Shown in pieces: positions 1 to 10,505 of a stretch of DNA of 64,000 nt; position 1 is the stretch's first letter, and each line of letters starts with the position of its first letter. Made by a program: the position numbers and the translations under genes. The notes under the pieces are model-generated. The model worked only from the letters and a program-made list of their open reading frames with translations, ran no database searches and was not told where the DNA came from. Source of the DNA: Chloroflexota bacterium (lineage in GTDB: Bacteria; Chloroflexota; Anaerolineae; J036; Brachytrichaceae). The stretch spans positions 2,200-66,199 of the forward strand of contig JAJYKL010000011.1 of the NCBI GenBank assembly GCA_021788625.1. The letters run 5' to 3'.

Positions 1-1378
1 GGATCTGAACCTCTAGTGGCTGACCATCGTCAGCCATGACGGCCGTATGCAAGCTCTGGTAATGGTTATCCTTGGGCACGGCGATGTAGTCGTCGAACTC
101 TCCGGGGATGGGCATCCAGATGCGATGGACTACTCCCAGCACCATATAGCAGGTCTGAATACCCGGGTCAGAGCGCAGCTTTTCGCGTTCAGCCAGCTTG
201 CGTTGCCGCTCGTCCAGCACTTCACCGCCTGCCTTCTCATCAATCGGTCCAACGGCGACTCGAGTGTCGGGTATAGCCGATTCGGGTAGATGACCGTTGC
301 CGTTAGGGGACTGGCTCGCCGTATCGGTGGCTGTTTGCTCGCGATCGTCGCCCGTGCCCGCGGAATTCATGCTGCCGTCTGGTCCCGCACCGTTTGGGGT
401 GCCACTTTCTCCTACGGTATCGCCTCCAGCAGCCCGAGCCGGAATCTCGGCGGGTTCATCTTCGATGATGACGCGAATGGCACGCAGGTCGTTGAGTTGG
501 TCAAATGAGCGTTTCTTATTCTGCATCTTGCGGGCGATACTGTAGATTTGCTTGGCGCGGCCCGATATAACCAGGTTGGTGATACCGAACTCTTTGAGCT
601 CCTCCTGTAGCATGGCGATGTAATGCGCTATTTGCGCATCACGCTCCGCGGCGCCAGCGGTTAGCATATGGCTGATAAAGTGATAGGTGTCGGGCTCTGC
701 GTAGCGGAAACCCAGATCTTCAAGCTGTTGTTTCCATTCCCAGATACCCAGACGGTTAGCCAAGGGAGCGTAGATTTCCAGCGTTTCGCGAGCAATCTTG
801 CGCTGGCGCTCCTGTGAAAGGGCACCTAATGTGCGCATATTGTGCAGGCGGTCAGCCAATTTGATGAGCACAACGCGCACATCTTTCACGAGCCCCAGCA
901 TCATCTTCCGCAGCGACTCCGCTTCGCGGTCTGTGCGATAGCTAAACGTGGTCGACTCGGTCACGCGCGGTTGGGGCGCCCCGCTCTCTTCGCCTGCCTC
1001 AGGTTGCTGTTCAAAGTCCTTCTTGATTCCTTCGCGCTGGCTTAGCTTGGTGACAGCATCCACCAGGTTGGCGACTTCTTCGCCAAACTGCTCGCGCAAA
1101 TCTTCCAGTGAAACAGGCGTGTCCTCGACGACATCGTGAAGTAACGCTGCGGCAATCGTGGTGGCGTCCAGGTTGAGTGATGCCAAAATGCCTGCGACAG
1201 CCAGAGGATGAGAGATGTAGCTTTCACCGGTGGAACGTTTCTGGTTTTGGTGGGCAGCTTCAGCTATGCGATAGGCGCGCAGTATCAATTCGAGTCCTGA
1301 CCGGTCACATCGTGGCGACATGATGGTCAGCAACTCTTCAACTGTCGTAATGTTTTGAGTGACTACATCCTCTGACAT
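1..1378 (-). CDS. rel: RelA/SpoT-family (p)ppGpp synthetase/hydrolase, N-terminal part only (3' end runs off the window)
   Basis: My own minus-strand translation from the ATG at 1378 (MSEDVVTQNITTVEELL...). HD hydrolase motif SHPLAVAGILASLNLDATTIAAALLHDVVEDT. Synthetase motifs RAKQIYSIARKMQNK, DLRAIRVII and CYMVLGVVHRIWMPIPGEFDDYIAVPKDNHYQSLHTAV. The frame stays open to nt 1. It is absent from the ORF track because it is truncated. Confidence 0.9.
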   Translation of the reverse strand, partial: MSEDVVTQNITTVEELLTIMSPRCDRSGLELILRAYRIAEAAHQNQKRSTGESYISHPLAVAGILASLNLDATTIAAALLHDVVEDTPVSLEDLREQFGEEVANLVDAVTKLSQREGIKKDFEQQPEAGEESGAPQPRVTESTTFSYRTDREAESLRKMMLGLVKDVRVVLIKLADRLHNMRTLGALSQERQRKIARETLEIYAPLANRLGIWEWKQQLEDLGFRYAEPDTYHFISHMLTAGAAERDAQIAHYIAMLQEELKEFGITNLVISGRAKQIYSIARKMQNKKRSFDQLNDLRAIRVIIEDEPAEIPARAAGGDTVGESGTPNGAGPDGSMNSAGTGDDREQTATDTASQSPNGNGHLPESAIPDTRVAVGPIDEKAGGEVLDERQRKLAEREKLRSDPGIQTCYMVLGVVHRIWMPIPGEFDDYIAVPKDNHYQSLHTAVMADDGQPLEVQI

Positions 1379-1612
1379 ACCAACAGGGTGCTGCCCCATA
1401 TCTGAATATACTCACAACTTAAACGATCATTCTAGCCTATAACTATTAGATTTATCTATTACTACTTTCGATGTAGTACTGAAGTGGCGCGGCAGCAAGG
1501 CACCGGGTATTTTGCGATCCTACCCGGTGATGCCATCCGTAAACGAAATGCTAATCGCGGGATCTTTTGAAGCCTATCCAGGACACCTTCAGGTGATCCC
1601 ACACGGCACCTG

Positions 1613-4600
1613 TCACGTTCGCTTTGGGAAACGAGTCAGCACCGTGGCCGCATCGGGCAGCAGTGCTCGGCTACCCAGAGGAGCCAGTGAGGTAAGAGGA
1701 GGCGGAGTGTGCTCGGGCAACGCGAAAACATGGATCGCCATGCCGTCCTTTGCCCCAAATGACAATTCAATTAACGCCATACCTGACAGATAGCCCTCGC
1801 GATCAAGTGCGCAGGAAGTCACGGTGCCTACCACGCGCCCTCGCGTGTCGAGCACAGGGTCACCCAATTTGGGCACACGCACTCCTTTCTGGTTCATGCG
1901 GAAACGTACAAGCCGGCTGGTGACTGCAGCAGCATTTTTGTAGTAAGCCTGCTTCCCAATAAAGTAAGGTTTGTACGACTTTACATATCCCCCAAAGCCA
2001 ATGTGAAAGGGCGCCAGGTTTAGCGGCCCCGCCAGTTCGTGTCCATACAGAGGTAAGCCAGCCTCGGTGCGCGTGCTATCGCGGGCTGCCAGGCCGACCG
2101 GCCGCACACCGTAAGGTTTACCTGCTTCCAGGATAGCGCTCCAAATCGCGGTTGACTGATCGGGATGCACGAATATCTCGTATCCGAATGACTCACCCGT
2201 GTAACCCGTGCGTGAGATAAAGACGTCCAGGCCGGCGAGGGTGGTGTGCATGATAGCGGTGCGTTCCAGATTTGCGAGTGACCTGCTATCGCCATTGTTT
2301 TGCGCCAGCGCCAGCAGGGTTTTTAGCGAAGCCGGGCCCTGCAGCGCTATATCGACTCTTCGATCGTCACCCGCTTCAGGCGAGCGCAGGTCACGCAGAT
2401 GGCAGTGTGGCATTCGGATCGCCGAACCATCAGGCGGATTGTTCAGTGTAGAAAACCAGGCCAGGTCTTTGTCGTTATTCGATGCATTCACCACTGCCAG
2501 GTATTGCTCGGCTGCCACGCGGTAGATCATGATGTCATCGATCACGTCTCCCTTGCCATCCAGCAGGTAGGCATATTGTGACTCGCCCACTGTGATGTCA
2601 TGTACATCATTGGTGCAAATAGCATCCAGGAACTCCAGGGCATGCGGGCCACTAAACTCCAGTACGCCCATGTGACTCACGTCGAACAACCCCGCCGCCG
2701 TGCGCACGGCCTGGTGTTCTTCACTCACGGATGAGTTGCCATACCAGACGGGCATTTCCCATCCTGCGAATGGCACCATTTTGGCACCCAACCGCAGGTG
2801 CGTCTCATATAGTGCGGTTCGCTTGAGTGATGCATGCACGTGCTCAGGGGGATTGACCGGCTTTTGAACAGGCAACCTGAGTGCAAAGCCACTCATCCCG
2901 CGTTGTCCGATGAAAAAGGGCTTATTGATTGCTACAGCGTTCATGCTGGTGTGGAGTTCAGCAGGCAGTGCAGCCGTATCAAATCCTTCGGCCGTCGTCA
3001 CTTTCACTACTACCGGGCCAGGAAGCTTGGCGGGCACATCCTTGTCGTTGAACAACACATATCCATCCGATAAGGCGCGCAACCAGCGAGCAACGCGCAC
3101 AGCCTTATTCGCAGGAACCGCCAGGCGATACGCACTGGTGAGGTCACTCCTGCCAATGTTCAATACAATGGCTGGTGACATGGGTGCGCCATTGGGCTCC
3201 AGCACCCATGAGGGCTGTGTTTCCTCCGGCTCGAGTGCACTTACATCGCTGGTCAGCGCATCTTGCAAAAAGCTCCGGGCAGCCTGACCCTTCACCTCTA
3301 GTGCCACCAAATCATGATCGTTGTGGCTGGGAAGGGTTACTGAGGTCCAAACGAAAGGATAGCCTTCCTGCGGTATGTCGGCGTCTGCACCTGCCATCAA
3401 TGCCAGCGCCTGTATGCGTGTGGCACCTTCCACCAGGTTGTCGAAATCTACTTTGGCACGGAAGCTGGTGCTATGGGGGCTGACAAGGGTGTATGGCCTG
3501 GCTGTCTTGAGGACCAGCGCGATCACGTCGGCAATCTCGCGCATGTCGGGTTCCTTCAGACCGCGCTGTGTAACCCACGGTGTGCCGAAGCGCAAGGCGC
3601 TGGCTCGCGTAGCGTCGCGATCTCCGGGAATCGTATTACGGTTACACACAATATTGGTCAAATCGAGAATCCGTGCGGCCGCGTCTCCCATCAGTCTTTC
3701 TTTGCCAGACCCAATGGTCTTGCAGTCCAACAGCACCAGGTGCGTATCCGTTCCACCATGCACCACGCGCAGTCCATTTGCTATAAAACCTTCGGCCAAA
3801 GCCTGGGCGTTAGCCACAATCTGGCGCTGCAAAACCTTATATTCCGGTTGCTGTGCCAGCTTAAACGCCACAGCGATGGCAGCGATCTTGTTCTCATGCG
3901 GGCCACCCTGTTCACCTGGGAACACGGCCCGATCGATTTTTCGTGCGATTTCCTCATCCGTGCTGACAATTACGGCACCTCGTGGGCCCATAAGCGTCTT
4001 ATGTGTGGTGAAGGTCGTCACGTGCGCCACACCCACTGGGTTCGGGTACACCCCTCCGATCACAAGGCCGATTACGTGTGAAACGTCGGCCATTAGGTAA
4101 GCGCCTACGGCATCGGCAATCTCGCGAAACTTTTTCAGGTCTGGTGCCCAGGGGTACGAGGTGTAGCCAGTGATGATCATCTTTGGCTTCTCGCGCTGCG
4201 CGATGTCGTAGATGGCGTCGTAATCCAGGCGTTCCGTCTTCTCATCGACACGATAAAACACTATGCGATGGTGCCGGCCACTGTGGTTCACCGGACTACC
4301 GTGCGAGAGGTGCCCACCATGCAACAGGTCCAGACCCATCACGGTGTCACCTTCGTTGACCAGTGCCTCGTAAACAGCGGTGTTGGCCACAGCACCCGAG
4401 AGTGGCTGGACGTTCAGGAAGATCTGCTCGGGCGTCAGGCCGGGCGGACAGAGCAATTCAGCTCCTCGGCGGCGCGCAAGGGATTCAATAATATTGCAGA
4501 ATTCGGTTCCTTTGTAATACCGCCGATCGGCGTAACGATGATAGTAAGCCAGTTGTTCACTATAGTTCAGGAGCTCTTCCTGGTTCAATCCGTGCATGGA

Positions 4601-4792
4601 AGGATGAGGGTAACCCTCTGCATACAGGTTCTGTAAAACCGATCCTTCGGTCTGCAAAACCGCTTGCGGTGCACTCGTTTCAGAGGGAATCATGATGAGC
4701 TTGGCTAGCTGACGCGCATGCTCATGCTGGATGAGCTCGCTCACAGCCGGATCCAGAGACGCCAGGTCACCGCGGATTAAGAAGTCTGTCAC
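1613..4792 (-). CDS. Fusion protein: serine hydroxymethyltransferase (N-terminal) plus glycine-cleavage T protein/aminomethyltransferase (C-terminal)
   Basis: One uninterrupted ORF of 1059 aa. The SHMT part carries NLYAEGYP and the PLP-lysine motif [19 protein letters not shown]. The GcvT part carries [49 protein letters not shown] and [21 protein letters not shown] start at 4792 preceded by GGAGGAG. Confidence 0.85.
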   Translation of the reverse strand: MTDFLIRGDLASLDPAVSELIQHEHARQLAKLIMIPSETSAPQAVLQTEGSVLQNLYAEGYPHPSMHGLNQEELLNYSEQLAYYHRYADRRYYKGTEFCNIIESLARRRGAELLCPPGLTPEQIFLNVQPLSGAVANTAVYEALVNEGDTVMGLDLLHGGHLSHGSPVNHSGRHHRIVFYRVDEKTERLDYDAIYDIAQREKPKMIITGYTSYPWAPDLKKFREIADAVGAYLMADVSHVIGLVIGGVYPNPVGVAHVTTFTTHKTLMGPRGAVIVSTDEEIARKIDRAVFPGEQGGPHENKIAAIAVAFKLAQQPEYKVLQRQIVANAQALAEGFIANGLRVVHGGTDTHLVLLDCKTIGSGKERLMGDAAARILDLTNIVCNRNTIPGDRDATRASALRFGTPWVTQRGLKEPDMREIADVIALVLKTARPYTLVSPHSTSFRAKVDFDNLVEGATRIQALALMAGADADIPQEGYPFVWTSVTLPSHNDHDLVALEVKGQAARSFLQDALTSDVSALEPEETQPSWVLEPNGAPMSPAIVLNIGRSDLTSAYRLAVPANKAVRVARWLRALSDGYVLFNDKDVPAKLPGPVVVKVTTAEGFDTAALPAELHTSMNAVAINKPFFIGQRGMSGFALRLPVQKPVNPPEHVHASLKRTALYETHLRLGAKMVPFAGWEMPVWYGNSSVSEEHQAVRTAAGLFDVSHMGVLEFSGPHALEFLDAICTNDVHDITVGESQYAYLLDGKGDVIDDIMIYRVAAEQYLAVVNASNNDKDLAWFSTLNNPPDGSAIRMPHCHLRDLRSPEAGDDRRVDIALQGPASLKTLLALAQNNGDSRSLANLERTAIMHTTLAGLDVFISRTGYTGESFGYEIFVHPDQSTAIWSAILEAGKPYGVRPVGLAARDSTRTEAGLPLYGHELAGPLNLAPFHIGFGGYVKSYKPYFIGKQAYYKNAAAVTSRLVRFRMNQKGVRVPKLGDPVLDTRGRVVGTVTSCALDREGYLSGMALIELSFGAKDGMAIHVFALPEHTPPPLTSLAPLGSRALLPDAATVLTRFPKRT

Positions 4793-5003
4793 AGATTGTT
4801 ACTCCTCCTATCATCATGCTCTGCTGGCATGGGTGCAATTTGTACTCATTGCATCGGCAACGCACAGGTTATCAAATGCCAAGCTCCCGGCATTCTATCA
4901 TTGCGATTGTCGTAGGACTTTGAAAGTGGCTGCCCTGATGAGCCTGCCGGTGGCCATGGTGGGGAGATAATCATCTTATCGTAATAACATCGAGGGTTGA
5001 TCC

Positions 5004-5975
5004 ATGAAACGAATTGCTGTGCTTACGTCGGGTGGCGACGCTCCAGGTATGAACGCGGCTCTCCGCGCTGTGACCCGCTGTGGCATCGCAAGGGGCTGGG
5101 AAGTATTTGGCGTGCATCAGGGCTATGCTGGCCTCATCAGCGGTGACTTCCGCCCTCTTACAGCCCGTTCGGTAGGCGGCATTATCCAGTTAGGCGGTAC
5201 CATCCTCGGAAGCGCTCGTTCTCCAGAGTTTAAAACGGAGGAGGGTCGAATGAAGGCTCTCTGGGAGCTGGGCCAGCAGGAGATCGAAGCGGTCGTCATC
5301 ATCGGTGGCAACGGATCGCAGGCTGGCGCGAGTGCCCTATCGAAAATGGGCTTTCCCGTGGTGGGAGTCGCCTCTACGATCGATAACGACCTGGTGGGAA
5401 GCGACGTCACGATTGGTGTGGACACTGCATTAAACATTGCGCTCGAAGCGCTCGACAGACTGAAGACGACTGCTTCGTCGCATCAGCGCGCCTTTCTGCT
5501 GGAGGTAATGGGGCGTAATTGCGGTTACCTCGCACTGGAAGTGGGCATCGCAGGCGGCGCGGAAGCCATAGTGATTCCAGAAATCAAAACAGAGCCTGAA
5601 GAGATCGTGCAGATCTTCCGCCATGCTTACGAGCGTGGCAAGACACATGCGTGTGCTGTGGTAGCCGAAGGTGCTGCCTACAACGCAGCTAAACTCGCAG
5701 CGTACTTCAGCGAGCATCAGGCGCGCATTGGCTACGAGTTGCGTAGCACGACGCTGGGGCATGTCCAGCGGGGTGGGGCGCCTACGGCCTACGACCGCCT
5801 TTTAGCCAGCCGTCTGGGGGCAGGAGCAGTGGATGTCCTGGCAAGTGGTGAGAAGGGTGTGCTGGTGGGCATGATCAAAGGGCAGGTAACTACAACGTCG
5901 CTGGATAAGGTGGTCGGTACTCAAAAGCCGATTGATCCTGCGTTATTCCAGCTAGCCCGTGTACTGGATACCTGA
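5004..5975 (+). CDS. pfkA: ATP-dependent 6-phosphofructokinase
   Basis: MKRIAVLTSGGDAPGMNAALRAV, IGGNGS, TIDNDL and GHVQRGG motifs. GAGGG Shine-Dalgarno 8 nt upstream. Confidence 0.9.
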   Translation: MKRIAVLTSGGDAPGMNAALRAVTRCGIARGWEVFGVHQGYAGLISGDFRPLTARSVGGIIQLGGTILGSARSPEFKTEEGRMKALWELGQQEIEAVVIIGGNGSQAGASALSKMGFPVVGVASTIDNDLVGSDVTIGVDTALNIALEALDRLKTTASSHQRAFLLEVMGRNCGYLALEVGIAGGAEAIVIPEIKTEPEEIVQIFRHAYERGKTHACAVVAEGAAYNAAKLAAYFSEHQARIGYELRSTTLGHVQRGGAPTAYDRLLASRLGAGAVDVLASGEKGVLVGMIKGQVTTTSLDKVVGTQKPIDPALFQLARVLDT

Positions 5976-6185
5976 GAGCTGTTCCCCCTGATGCAGATCA
6001 AGCAGTACGATTCAACATCTGTCCTCCAGGAGTGAGAGAGATATATTCTGGCACTGGCGACCGCATGGCAATCTCTTAATTCGCAGCCAATTTCGATATG
6101 CTGTTTGTGATGGTGCGGATTTCATGAATATCTACTATGCAGAATATTCTGCACCAGAGTAATATGGTTACGTTATACTGCCTGG

Positions 6186-8078
6186 ATGAGGTCTATCCTG
6201 GCACTTACCGTATGCATAAGTGTCACACTGAGTCAGGCTTGGCTCCCACTCCCATCTGTAACATCAACAAAACCCCCACCGCCGAAAGTGTCGACTGATG
6301 CCTGGCTAACTGCCGCAGTTTATGGGAGTGCGGACATCATTGTCAGTGCTCAGGGTTATCCGGACCTGTCGGCAGCGCAGCGCCTGGGTTCCAAACAGGC
6401 CAAGACACGCTACGTAGCGGATGCGCTGATACGGTATGCCGATCGTTCACAGCAGTATTTACGCCGTGACCTCTCGATTCGCCACATCACCTATCGCGTG
6501 CTTTGGCTGACGAATAGTCTCGCCGTCTCAGGTGCCAGCCTTGAAACGATGGTCTGGCTGGCAGGCCGTTCCGATGTCTCCCGAATTGATCTGGACTTGA
6601 AAGGTTTGGGTCTGGAAGCACAATCCGCAAAAACAGGCGGGCAACAGGTTGTTACGAATCGCCAATCGCCCACATCCGGTCCTCATGTGCCAGCTACCAT
6701 TTCTGCAGGGGTATTGCGAATTAACGCGCCGCAGGTTTGGGCGCTTGGTTATCGCGGTCAGGGTATCGTGATCGCAGACCTGGATACCGGTGTTCAGTGG
6801 GATCACCCGGCTTTGCAGTCGCACTTCCGTGGATGGAACGGTGTTACGGCGACTTTCGATGCCAACTGGTTCGACCCGACTGGTGAGTCCGTCGTGATAC
6901 CCAGCGATGATAACGGACATGGCACCCACACCACCGGGACACTGATTGGTGATGACGGCGCTGGCACTGTGATTGGTGTTGCCCCAGGCGCCCAGTGGAT
7001 CGCTTGCCGAAACATGTTGCTTGGAACGGGCAGTGTATCGCGGTACATCGCCTGCTTCCAGTTTGCCCTGGCACCCACAGACGTGAACGGCAACAACCCC
7101 AACCCGGCACTCGCAGCCGACATTACCAACAACTCCTGGGAGTGCTGGGGTGAGGCACCCTGGTATGAGCAGGGATGCCTGCAACCCGATGCGCTCCTCA
7201 CAGCGACACTAGCCCTACGCAGCGCAGGAATCATGGTGGTGGCTGCCGCTGGGAATGAGGGCAGTAATTGCCTTACCGTGAGCCATGCACCCGGCATGTA
7301 CCAGAATGTGTTCACCGTCGGTGCGACAAATCTGGACGACTCCAATAGTATTGCCTCCTTTAGCAGTCAGGGCCCCTCAACCTTCGACGGCAGCCTGAAA
7401 CCCGATCTGGTTGCACCGGGTGTGTCCATTTACTCGTCCTGGCCTATCAGTACTTACTATTACGACTCCGGGACCAGCATGTCCACGCCGCACGTGGCGG
7501 GAACCGTCGCGCTCATGTGGTCCGCGGCTCCAGGCTTACGCGGTGATATCGCTGACACAGAGAACATCCTGCGAGAGACTGCTGTGCCTCTGACCAGCAC
7601 TCAAAACTGTGGTGGAGTGATTGGAAGCTTAATCCCTAACAATACATACGGATATGGGTTGGTGGATGCGCAGGCTGCCGTCAGCGCTTCGCTGCGTGGG
7701 ATGCTGGTGGCCACGCCTGCAGCGATGCTCTCATCGCTTTCGGATCCTATAACCTATACGGTGACTTTGACCAATTACACCACTATGACGCGCACCGGCA
7801 CGATCCGCCTCACTCTTCCATCAGGCACGACTCTGAGCAGCACCTCGCCTGCGGCCGTACAACATGGAGCGAGCCTGGCGTGGGCTTTCGATTCCCTTGC
7901 GCCGCTGGGCAATCTTCAAGTCATCCTGGTGGTACGTCCTATACAGACGGGGGTCGTGACCCTTGGGGATTATGAGGTGAACTACTCGGACGGACACACG
8001 GCCTCACAGAGCGGCTCACCCGTGAGTACCTTTGTCTATATCCAAAAGCTTTGGCTGATCAATGTAATGAGAAATTAA
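6186..8078 (+). CDS. Secreted subtilisin-like serine protease (peptidase S8) with a C-terminal beta-rich domain
   Basis: Hydrophobic N-terminal signal. Catalytic triad contexts DLDTGVQWDHPAL (Asp), DDNGHGTHTTGT (His) and SGTSMSTPHVAGT (Ser). Confidence 0.85.
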   Translation: MRSILALTVCISVTLSQAWLPLPSVTSTKPPPPKVSTDAWLTAAVYGSADIIVSAQGYPDLSAAQRLGSKQAKTRYVADALIRYADRSQQYLRRDLSIRHITYRVLWLTNSLAVSGASLETMVWLAGRSDVSRIDLDLKGLGLEAQSAKTGGQQVVTNRQSPTSGPHVPATISAGVLRINAPQVWALGYRGQGIVIADLDTGVQWDHPALQSHFRGWNGVTATFDANWFDPTGESVVIPSDDNGHGTHTTGTLIGDDGAGTVIGVAPGAQWIACRNMLLGTGSVSRYIACFQFALAPTDVNGNNPNPALAADITNNSWECWGEAPWYEQGCLQPDALLTATLALRSAGIMVVAAAGNEGSNCLTVSHAPGMYQNVFTVGATNLDDSNSIASFSSQGPSTFDGSLKPDLVAPGVSIYSSWPISTYYYDSGTSMSTPHVAGTVALMWSAAPGLRGDIADTENILRETAVPLTSTQNCGGVIGSLIPNNTYGYGLVDAQAAVSASLRGMLVATPAAMLSSLSDPITYTVTLTNYTTMTRTGTIRLTLPSGTTLSSTSPAAVQHGASLAWAFDSLAPLGNLQVILVVRPIQTGVVTLGDYEVNYSDGHTASQSGSPVSTFVYIQKLWLINVMRN

Positions 8079-8085
8079 CTGCAGC

Positions 8086-8943
8086 CTAGCACTCTACGCG
8101 CAACGTGTCCCATGCAAAAGTGACTTCGCCGTAACAACCTGCTGCGGTGAGTTGCCGTCCCAGTGTTTGCAACTCGTCATGGTCGATCATATCCACGGCT
8201 TCAATGTGGGTGAAGATCACGCGGCGGGGTTGTATCTGTTCGACCATCTGCAAGGTTTGGGCGAACGTGGCCTCCGATTCAAATATAGGATGATCAGCGG
8301 GAATACGCCGTAGCCCTGTTCTCGGGTTCACCTCGAAAATGCCTGAGGCGATGACAGCCAGGTCCACTCCATGGATGAACGAAGGTGGTTGCCAGGCGAA
8401 TAATTCGTCGGGCACGATGAGCGCGCGCGTTTTGTGTTGAGCCAGTACAAAACCATAGGCGTAATCCTGTGTCAGGCGGAAGGGCGTGATCATGACATCA
8501 TTGAGGGTGATCGTGTCGCCATCGTGCAGCTCGTGAATGCGAACCAGCCCTTTGGACTGATGGAAGCTCAACGTTTCATACAGCCCCTGATAAATTCGTG
8601 CGTCGATGGCGACCTGCTGTGGGAGATAGACCTGTGTGCAGTAGGGTTCATCTGGCCACACACCCCAATGACGGTTCAGCTCGAAAATACGCCGTCCCAG
8701 TACGTGGTCGGGATGCCAATGCGAATAGATGCAGTTGGGCACGTGAGCGATGTCAGCACGGTCCAAAGCCAGCCGCGCTTCCTCAGGTGTATCAATCAAT
8801 AAATCTGGACCGTGCACGAACAGACAGGGGCCATAGCGACTGTAGGGTACGCCCAAAGTGCGTGCCTTTACGTTCATGGAGTCCATCAGACCTGGCACAG
8901 GCGTCGCTATAGCGCCACCCGTACCCAGGAATTCAATCTGCAT
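8086..8943 (-). CDS. MBL-fold metallo-hydrolase
   Basis: HxHxDH motif (YSHWHPDHVLG) and N-terminal MQIEFLGTGG, both typical of the metallo-beta-lactamase fold. Confidence 0.75.
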   Translation of the reverse strand: MQIEFLGTGGAIATPVPGLMDSMNVKARTLGVPYSRYGPCLFVHGPDLLIDTPEEARLALDRADIAHVPNCIYSHWHPDHVLGRRIFELNRHWGVWPDEPYCTQVYLPQQVAIDARIYQGLYETLSFHQSKGLVRIHELHDGDTITLNDVMITPFRLTQDYAYGFVLAQHKTRALIVPDELFAWQPPSFIHGVDLAVIASGIFEVNPRTGLRRIPADHPIFESEATFAQTLQMVEQIQPRRVIFTHIEAVDMIDHDELQTLGRQLTAAGCYGEVTFAWDTLRVEC

Positions 8944-9014
8944 GGACCTGATTGTAGGCGGTCACGACTGTCCGTGGTTTCGATCCGCCTTACAATCGGG
9001 AGTATCGAGGTACG

Positions 9015-9965
9015 ATGAAGAACATTGCACACTTTGCCAGCGGGCTGGTGCTTGCCTCGTTCGTGCCCGGTGTATTGGAGCGCGCATCGACTGGATCACT
9101 CCTGATTGCGTTGGGTGGTGCGTGTGCCATGCTGCCCGATGTACTGGACTTCCGCCTGCTGCGCTATCTCTTGCGGATCGATGCATCCATCACTCCGGAT
9201 CCGTCAAAGCCAGACGCTCAGGCAATCGCAGATCAGATTGCGGAACAGATCAGTCTTGTCGTCCAGGATGGGCGCACTCGCGTGGTACAGATCAACGCCG
9301 CCCGCCGAACCGCTGGTGAGTGGGTATCGTACACAGTGGCATTCGACATCTCGCTAGGTGATGTGATCGTCACGCTGGATGGAAACGAGGCGGAGCCGGC
9401 TCGAGCACCAGCCGGAATATTGGATGATTCCTTCAATGAGCTCCTGCGTGCGGAGGAGCTGGGAGGATGTGCCATACGCGTTCGCGCCAGAGACCAGTGT
9501 GCTCAAATGGAATTCCTGCCCTGGCATCGTCAATGGACACATTCTTTTCTCGTTGCCGTGGCGCTTGGATTACTGTTGGGCTGGTTGATCGAGCCTCTGG
9601 CTGGATTAACAGGCATGCTCGGTTATGCCGTACATATCCTGGGAGACGAGGGCGGCCACATGGGTTCAAACCTGTTTGCACCCTTAACACACCGGCGCAC
9701 TCGCGGTCTGCGGCTGTACCATTCAGCCGATGCGATCCCCAACCTGTTGGTAGTGTGGGCCTCGCTGTCGTTACTCCTGCTCAATCTGGACCAGGCTGGC
9801 CAAACGCCAGTCATCAATACAGGACCGTACCTGGTGTTCGTTGTGTCACTGCCGGTACTGCTGCTGGTGGGCATCTCTGTAAGACGCGCCTGGAAGTACC
9901 ATGCACAGGCCGAATCGCCGACCGAATCAGAAGCCACCGCTGAGGTGGATGCAACGGCTGAGTGA
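9015..9965 (+). CDS. Membrane-bound metal-dependent hydrolase, YdjM/DUF457-like, with a soluble insertion
   Basis: N-terminal TM segment with His (NIAHFASGLVLA). Later HSFLVAVALG and HILGDEGGHMGSNLFAPL motifs. Several TM helices. GAGG Shine-Dalgarno upstream. Confidence 0.55.
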   Translation: MKNIAHFASGLVLASFVPGVLERASTGSLLIALGGACAMLPDVLDFRLLRYLLRIDASITPDPSKPDAQAIADQIAEQISLVVQDGRTRVVQINAARRTAGEWVSYTVAFDISLGDVIVTLDGNEAEPARAPAGILDDSFNELLRAEELGGCAIRVRARDQCAQMEFLPWHRQWTHSFLVAVALGLLLGWLIEPLAGLTGMLGYAVHILGDEGGHMGSNLFAPLTHRRTRGLRLYHSADAIPNLLVVWASLSLLLLNLDQAGQTPVINTGPYLVFVVSLPVLLLVGISVRRAWKYHAQAESPTESEATAEVDATAE

Positions 9966-9988
9966 TCCAGATGTTTGACGCATCGATC

Positions 9989-10408
9989 TCACTCATCTTT
10001 GTCATCCACGGCTGAAGGCATATCGAGTCGCACAACCTCGCCTTGACGGTTGATGATGACGTGGAATCCCAGCATCCCCAGGTACATTCGCGCCTGTTCC
10101 GGGATGCCCTGTTCGAACAGCTGCCTAAAGTTTCGGTCCAGGTTAGTCAAGGTGCTATCCACAGCAACTTTGGTGAAAAGATCTTCCTTCCCCATCATTT
10201 TGAGGATCCCGTCGCTAACCAGATCTTTGTTCCCCTCCACCTGTCTTTTGAAGAACATGAGCACCTGTTCATCCACATGCCGCGAGTCGACGTGATAGCT
10301 AAAACCGTCCTCTTGCACCACGTAAGTGGGATCAGTCCCGACATACGCAACCTCGGCTGTGTTACCCGCTTCGTCAGTCACCAGACCTTCAAACAGTGCC
10401 TTGAACAT
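9989..10408 (-). CDS. Hypothetical protein (139 aa, acidic, no recognisable motif)
   Basis: Clean ATG-initiated ORF that fills the gap between neighbouring genes. I recognise no family. Confidence 0.45.
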   Translation of the reverse strand: MFKALFEGLVTDEAGNTAEVAYVGTDPTYVVQEDGFSYHVDSRHVDEQVLMFFKRQVEGNKDLVSDGILKMMGKEDLFTKVAVDSTLTNLDRNFRQLFEQGIPEQARMYLGMLGFHVIINRQGEVVRLDMPSAVDDKDE

Positions 10409-10505
10409 ATGGATCCAGAACCAGTATCGTACAACCTAATATATGGTTTGATCGGAATGCCACAAGGTGGGTGACAGGTGATAGCGTGACCCTCGTCTGA
10501 TGAAC

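Noticed and set aside
3375-4100. A 241-aa plus-strand ORF, with several neighbours, inside the SHMT-GcvT gene.
   Set aside because: It is an antisense shadow ORF of a gene with strong motif support, and its composition is biased (Ser/Arg/Pro/Ala) with no recognisable motif. The same reasoning applies to 2910..3287, 3473..4081, 6528..7184, 6803..7345, 26190..26762, 31213..31818, 40764..41345 and 46291..46875.
4793-5003. A possible glycine or THF riboswitch in the 211-nt leader of the SHMT-GcvT fusion gene.
   Set aside because: Reading the minus strand, I could not find the conserved glycine-riboswitch core elements (the paired GGAGAG...CACCG...GGGCAA-type motifs). Only a strong GGAGGAG Shine-Dalgarno is evident. 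An Rfam/Infernal scan would be the decisive test, and I could not run one.
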